Positions 58,300 through 64,000 of a stretch of 64,000 nt of DNA are shown here, piece after piece. Each line of letters starts with the position of its first letter. The stretch's first letter is position 1. The position numbers and the translations under genes were made by a program. Source of the DNA: Selaginella moellendorffii (taxonomy: Eukaryota > Plantae > Lycopodiophyta); assembly GCF_000143415.4 (NCBI RefSeq), contig NW_003314314.1, forward strand, positions 749,771 through 813,770, read 5' to 3'. The notes under the pieces are model-generated. The model saw only the letters and a list, made by a program, of their open reading frames with translations, made no database searches and was not told where the DNA came from.

Positions 58300-60790
58300 A
58301 GACAGGAACAAAGGAAGTACCTTTAGTGATCCAACATGTGTTAAACCAATTTTAAAATACTATGCTAGTGGAATTACCAACAGGGTCCCCTGCCCGACCG
58401 ATAAAACATAAGACTAAGCTAGTTGAGGATGTCCTCTCTATTAATTAAATGAAAAAGAATTTGAAGAGCTTAAGTGCTAACTTGAGGAGTTTATTGATAA
58501 AAGGTATGTTAAGTTGAGCAAGTCACCATAAGGGGTGTTAGTATTATTTGTGAAAAAGAAAGATATCTCTATATGTATGTGCATAGACTACCAGTTGCTT
58601 AATAAATATACAAAGAAGAATAAGTACCCTTTACCAATGATTGAGGACATATTTGATAGGTTGAGAAAGGTGAAATACTTTTTAAGAATTGACCTAAGGT
58701 TTGAATACTACCAAATCAAGGTAATAGAGGAAGATGTCAAGAAGATAATCTATTGAACAAGATATAGAAGTTTTGAGTCTTTAGTGATGTCTTTTGGGTT
58801 GTGTAATATGCCAGTAACATCCTTGGCACTAATAAACCATATTTTTATACCCTATCTAAATCACTTTGTCATTGTTTATATTGACGACATCCTGATCTAT
58901 AACAAGATGCTAAATAAGCATGATAAAGGTGTTTGAGAAATTAAAGGAACATCAATTATATGCTAAAGAGAGCAAATGTGACTTTACTCAACAAAAAGTA
59001 AAGTTTCTCGAATATGTAATGAGCAAAAACAGGCTCAAAGTGAACCCTAAGAATGTCCAAATGATCCAAGAATGAGAATGACTATCAAATGTACATAGTT
59101 AAGGGCATTTTAAGAGCTATGCAACTACTATTAAAAGTCAAGAATAACCCTACCTTTAATAGACCAAATGGGAAAAAGGAAAATGATATAGATAATGGAA
59201 TGTGAGGTGGCATTTATTCATTTCAAAGGGAAATTAAGGAAGGCTCATGTATTAGCATTACAAAACTTTGGTAAAGACTTTGAGGTAGAAACAAATGCTT
59301 CAAACTTTGCATTATGTGTAGTTTTGAAGCAAAATAACCACCCAATGACATTCTTCTTGAAAAAGTTGAACACGGCTCAACAAAAGTAACTTGCTTACAA
59401 AAAGGAATTGTTTGTGGTGGTTAAAGCACTCAATGAGTGGCAACACTACCTTGGGAGGCACTTTAAAGTATACATGAATAATATGGCAACAAAATATCTC
59501 TCGTCATAGTATGACATTCAAGGAAAATAAGGTTGGTTGGCCAATGTTTTGGTAGAATTTGATTGCAAAATTGTGTATACCCTAAGAAAAGCAATATCGT
59601 GGTAGATAGATATCCAGTGCAATAGTAACCTTTTGGGATGATGTGCAGACAGCATATGAGGACAATAGTTTAGCATAAGAAGTGTTACTAAAGAACCAAG
59701 AGGCATAGGATGCTCACCAAAGAAGCAAACCACCTAGGGAAGAGAAAATGGGTTATGTGAAATGCAATTAACTCATTTATTATAAGCAAACGAGGGTGTA
59801 TATTTCACAAAGGGAACTAAGGAAGGTAACTTTAGAAGAGTATTGTGATGGACCTTTTGCAGGACACGGCAGAGTGCCCAAGACAATGGGTTTACTCAAG
59901 AGAAAGTATCATTGGCCAGATATAGTTAAGGATGTTCAAGTCTATATAAAGACATGCTTAACATATCAATAGGTAAAGGCTATGACAAAGGCTAGTAGGG
60001 GCTTGTTGCAAAGCTTCCCAATTCCCAATCGTTTGTAAAAATATCTTATGATGCACTTCATCATGAAACTCCCCTCAAGTGAAAGGTTTGATATGATATT
60101 CGTGGTGGTGGATTAATTTTCTAAAATTGCATATTTCATACCCATAATAACGGAAGTGGATGCAAAAGGTGTGGCAAAGCTGTTTTTAAAACAAGTGGTT
60201 CAAGTGTAGGAAAGGCTAGAAAAAATTATGATAAGATTTTCACTAATAAGTTTTGGAAAATTCTCTTGGAGCAATATCACAGCAAGCTGAAATTCAGCAT
60301 AACCTATCACCTATAGACAAGTATTGAGTATTTTGAGTCAAGTATAATGGCAATAACACTTCTTAACAAATGGAAAAATAAAAAAGGTGAATAGGTGGCT
60401 AGAGGACTATTTGGGATGATATGTTTCTAGAGACCAAGCTAATTAAGTCATCTAGGACTTATGGAAATGTGTTATAACAACTCACCATAATTGAGTATCA
60501 AGGTGAGTTTATGAAAAGTCATCAATGGATGAGCTATTAAAGGCCTTATAACACTCGGCATGGCTAAGTATCATAAAGTGGAGGCGTTCATAATAGAAAG
60601 ATTTAACATTTGGAATCTAATAAGGGATTTCTTAGAACATACTCAACAAAGGCAAACTGAGACATAAAGTTTCAACTTGCGGAGAAAGTGCAGTTAAACA
60701 CCAAAAATCTAAAGTTTTGTTTCCATGAATTGATTTTAAGTTTCTTAAAAAGGTTTATAAAGCCTTATAAGATTGAGAATCGAATTGATA
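58300..60790 (+). mobile_element. Degenerate Ty3/gypsy pol (RT-RNaseH-integrase)
   Basis: LFVKKKD..MCIDY..LNK.T.KNKYPLP; YIDDILIY at 58877; RNase H VETNASNFAL; integrase GH..YHWP..C; RT-RH-INT order; many stops and frameshifts. Confidence 0.9.
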
Positions 60791-60925
60791 CTATGTGGCT
60801 AATTGGTCTTTACTCCTTTTTAAAGGCTTGGGCCTTTCTTTTGGTACGGAAGTGGGGGAGTAGGGGTATTTATACCGAGCCATTAAGCTACAGTGTTTCC
60901 CCTCTAGGATCCCAAAGTTAGATAT

Positions 60926-61101
60926 TGTAGCGCATGTGATCATGGGATAAGATTTGGATATATTATCATTATAGATCCTTGGAACCTTGGGGGATAAATG
61001 GGGATAAAATAACCACTAAAGGCTCTCTTATCAAGCAATTACCCCTTTTTTAATTGGTTTAAAGGGAGAGAGATAGGGTGCGCTACATGTGGTATCAGAG
61101 C
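60926..61101 (+). mobile_element. 162-bp LTR (60926-61087) followed by a tRNA-Met primer-binding site (61090-61101)
   Basis: Ends TGTAGCGCA...TGCGCTACA (perfect 9-bp inverted ends, TG..CA); TGGTATCAGAGC begins 2 nt downstream. Confidence 0.85.
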
Positions 61102-63435
61102 AAATGGCACAAGTTCAATTCCCATTGATTAGTGGCTACTTAAAATATAATATACCCTTGAGCAAGGTATATTTCTACCCCGAAATTTAAAATCATATGT
61201 ATTAAGCATCCATACATACATCCTTCCTCTTGTGGAGCATCCTAGATGAAGGTATCCACCGTAGGACTACAGTGCAGGTGAATGACTAATTACTCTCACA
61301 TGGAATAGTTGGTTTACACAATGGAAGGATTGGTAAATTTAATATGGAAATGAAGGTGTTGGTTCCCCTTGGCTTAGTATGGATTGTTAGCAATTGTTCC
61401 TTTTCCAGTTGGTTTAAAGTATCAGAGCATATGGAATGTAGCACATATGGTTTTCACCCTTTATCTTATGGTACTTTACCATATAATAACCATATTTTCA
61501 CCTTTTATCCTATGGTGATTTACCATATAATAACCATGAAGTGGAACCTAAATCCTCCATGTGTCATGTGTCATATGTTACATGCCACATGCCACATATG
61601 TTAAGCGCCAGCTTTGACCACATGGTCAACATCGGTCAAAGGGAGGCTCAAGGGTATATTAAGGCATATTAGGGTAAAGGACTTAACCTACCCTAAGGCT
61701 CATAGTGGAGCGGTGGCACAATAGAGCTTTTGAGGTAACTCGGGGGTGGTTGGGTGGTGAAGAACCTCAAGAGGTGGTGTAACATAGTTTAGGGTGGCTA
61801 GATTTTTGTCTTTTTGTGCTAGATCATAACAACATATCCATAGGACAATAGTGCATAACCCAAGTTTCAAGGCCTTGGGCCACTAAACAAAGGAATGGAG
61901 CTAAACTCCCAAGCATGGAGCCAAGGAGCAAAGGAACCGAAGTACAAAACGACTCTCGAGCGTACAATCCAAGAAGCAAAAGGACAGGAGCATGAAGTGA
62001 CTTGGAACAGTCCTAGAGCATCCACCATCCCAATGCTAAAACTAACACGTAAAATAGAGCCAAACAGAGTTTGGCACTATTTCAGCATACTAATGGCCTA
62101 ACGTAAGGATATAAATACTCCACCAACTAGCATGGTATAGAATTTAGGCTTAGACCCAAGCCAGACGCAAAACAAAGACAAGCACACAAGTGGGAGCTAA
62201 ATTATGTTTCAAATTGGTCTGCCATGCCCAATCTACCCACTATCCCTACTATACATTTGGAACCCCTTATAGCTCGCCAATCGATGTCACAATCACATTC
62301 CATATCAACAAGAGATGGTAGAACATCAAGAATAGGACAAATTGTATAATCATATCCCATAGAAGTTGAAAATAGCAACACACCAAAGATGGGTGCAACA
62401 CTAATATGATCACACTCTATACCACCAAAAGTTCAATTCAATAGAGTAGCATTAACAGCCTTAAGTGATATACTCCTTGATCGATGACAACATGATATGG
62501 TAGAAGAAGAGAATGCCATGAAAATTAAAAAAATAAGTAAATCTAAACACAATGATAGCTAGAATTCTAGATCTTGAAAAATTTAATACAGATCTAGATC
62601 TAAAAGAAAATGAAGAAATAAGAACAAAAAACACAATCCCAAACACTAGAATAGAGCATTATGCCTTTTAGGGATAAATTGCAATATTGTTCATCTCCAC
62701 TAATATAAGTGCTCAAGATATAAAAAATAATATATTAATTAGAGCATACACATATACAAGAACAATTCTAAATGGATGGTCCATATGTTATAATATTATA
62801 ATGGGTATTACCTAGCTCTCAACAAAACCCTGTGATGCAGGATCCAACCTCATCACCACCAATTCATCTTGTCTTGATCTTTCAAACTTGTAGATCACCC
62901 GAGAGTAGAATGTCTGAGACATCCTCTCGAGTTTCCTGGCACAGGCATCTGTCTACTATGATTCTAATCGCTAGGTCGCATAGAACACGCACCTCTTCTT
63001 AGCAATATAAAGCTCTGACGACGTTCTTGGACTGCCCTGAGGCACTGCTTTCGGTCAGCTTGTCGTCCATAAACTTGATATCAATACTAGCAGCGATCCA
63101 TTCTTGAAGTTGTTTGGCCATTGTCATCTCATCCTGCTAGAAAACTCGTGAGATTCCAAAACTAGACAAATAATTCTCCAACCTTGAAGCTCGGCCCTGG
63201 TGGAAATCCTTGCTGGTCGCAGCCAACAAAATGTGAGATCAGTAAACAAAGAAATGAACCAGACCAGAACTAAGAAAAAACCTCTCACCTTTGAGCTCGA
63301 CCAAAGCTCTGTGAAGTGTTCTGTACAGTGTATTAGAGAACGTAGTACTCCGCCTCTAGATAAACTGGTGGAGGAACGAAGAATTCTAGCAGCCGGGACG
63401 AAATCCAGAAAAAGCGCAAGCTCCTACGACAATCG

Positions 63436-64000
63436 TGGGATGCAGAGGTCCCAGTCGGATCATAGATAGCGTTGGTCGACACACAGATATTCTTTTCTAA
63501 AATAGTCTTTCCGAGAAAACCTGCAATTTATCGAGCTCACTTTCCCGTGTCCAAAAAAGTTTAAACGCACACGCACACACACAAAGAGATAAAACCGAAG
63601 TTCCACGAAAAAATCTTTGGAGAAATTAAAAAAACACCAAAAACGGCCAATACTGACTTGGAGTGACCATGTAGAACTCAACACTGTCAGCTCCAAACTT
63701 CTGCATCACTTTGAGTTGGACGAGATGGAAAACCTACCTTTCATTCTGTGTACATCCAGTGTCAATGGGATTCTCTAGCGCATGGTATCCAGAATTCTTC
63801 GACTTCGCCAGGTTGAGCAAGGCATGGTATCTGGACGACCTGAAAGTGGATCAAATGCCGGACACAACCTTTCTTCACAAGCTGAGCCACCCTTGCCTGC
63901 AAACACCTCACGAATCTTGATCTTCCGATGACAGGTCCTATGTCTGCCTGAAATGTTCTCTCACCACTCCAGTCTTCAGATCTTCAAAGCCGTGTCTCTG
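63436..64000 (-). pseudogene. Second, paralogous copy of the Crinkler/RHS-like sequence (runs off the window)
   Basis: 63616-64000 is a high-identity direct copy of about 46922-47402; 63436-63520 is an inverted copy of 46950-47032. Confidence 0.8.

Noticed and set aside
62810-62875. Minus-strand ELVVMRLDPASQGFVES, weakly like the MSH2 N-terminus on the far side of the TE block
   Set aside because: The match is too short, is followed by a stop, and I could not recognise further MSH2 exons nearby

Overview
Eukaryotic, land-plant nuclear DNA. Very compact genes, mostly 50-100 nt GT-AG introns, three PLS-class PPR genes and an LxLxPP-type Aux/IAA suggest a lycophyte such as Selaginella (inference). 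Bases 1-54,000 are gene-dense with about 21 protein genes, in order: PLGG1/LrgB (partial), LEA_2, a MAKR-like Ser-rich protein, a CRINKLY4-family kinase, DPM3, CNX5/MOCS3, CYSTM, PPR-E, inositol transporter, BTB-NPH3-like, Aux/IAA, reticulon, PPR-DYW, a CLE precursor, RING-vWA E3, DDX41/RH35, PPR-E, PSF1, GDSL lipase, MCM-BP/ETG1 and a CYP71-clan P450. There are also two pseudogenes: a Crinkler/RHS-like NTPase and an MSH2 3' fragment. From about 54,950 the sequence becomes AT-rich, decayed Ty3/gypsy LTR-retroelement debris, and it ends in a second copy of the Crinkler/RHS-like sequence. Best leads: (i) a secreted precursor with one canonical CLE motif plus two variant CLE-like motifs, an IDA-like motif and a Ser/Pro repeat array; (ii) a duplicated Crinkler/RHS-type NTPase(-nuclease) pseudogene; (iii) a long intronic fold-back; (iv) extremely tight gene spacing (PSF1 stop to PPR start 56 nt; DPM3/CNX5 start codons 87 nt apart); (v) an apparent frameshift in the reticulon tail. 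Family calls come from recalled motif similarity; no database searches were run.
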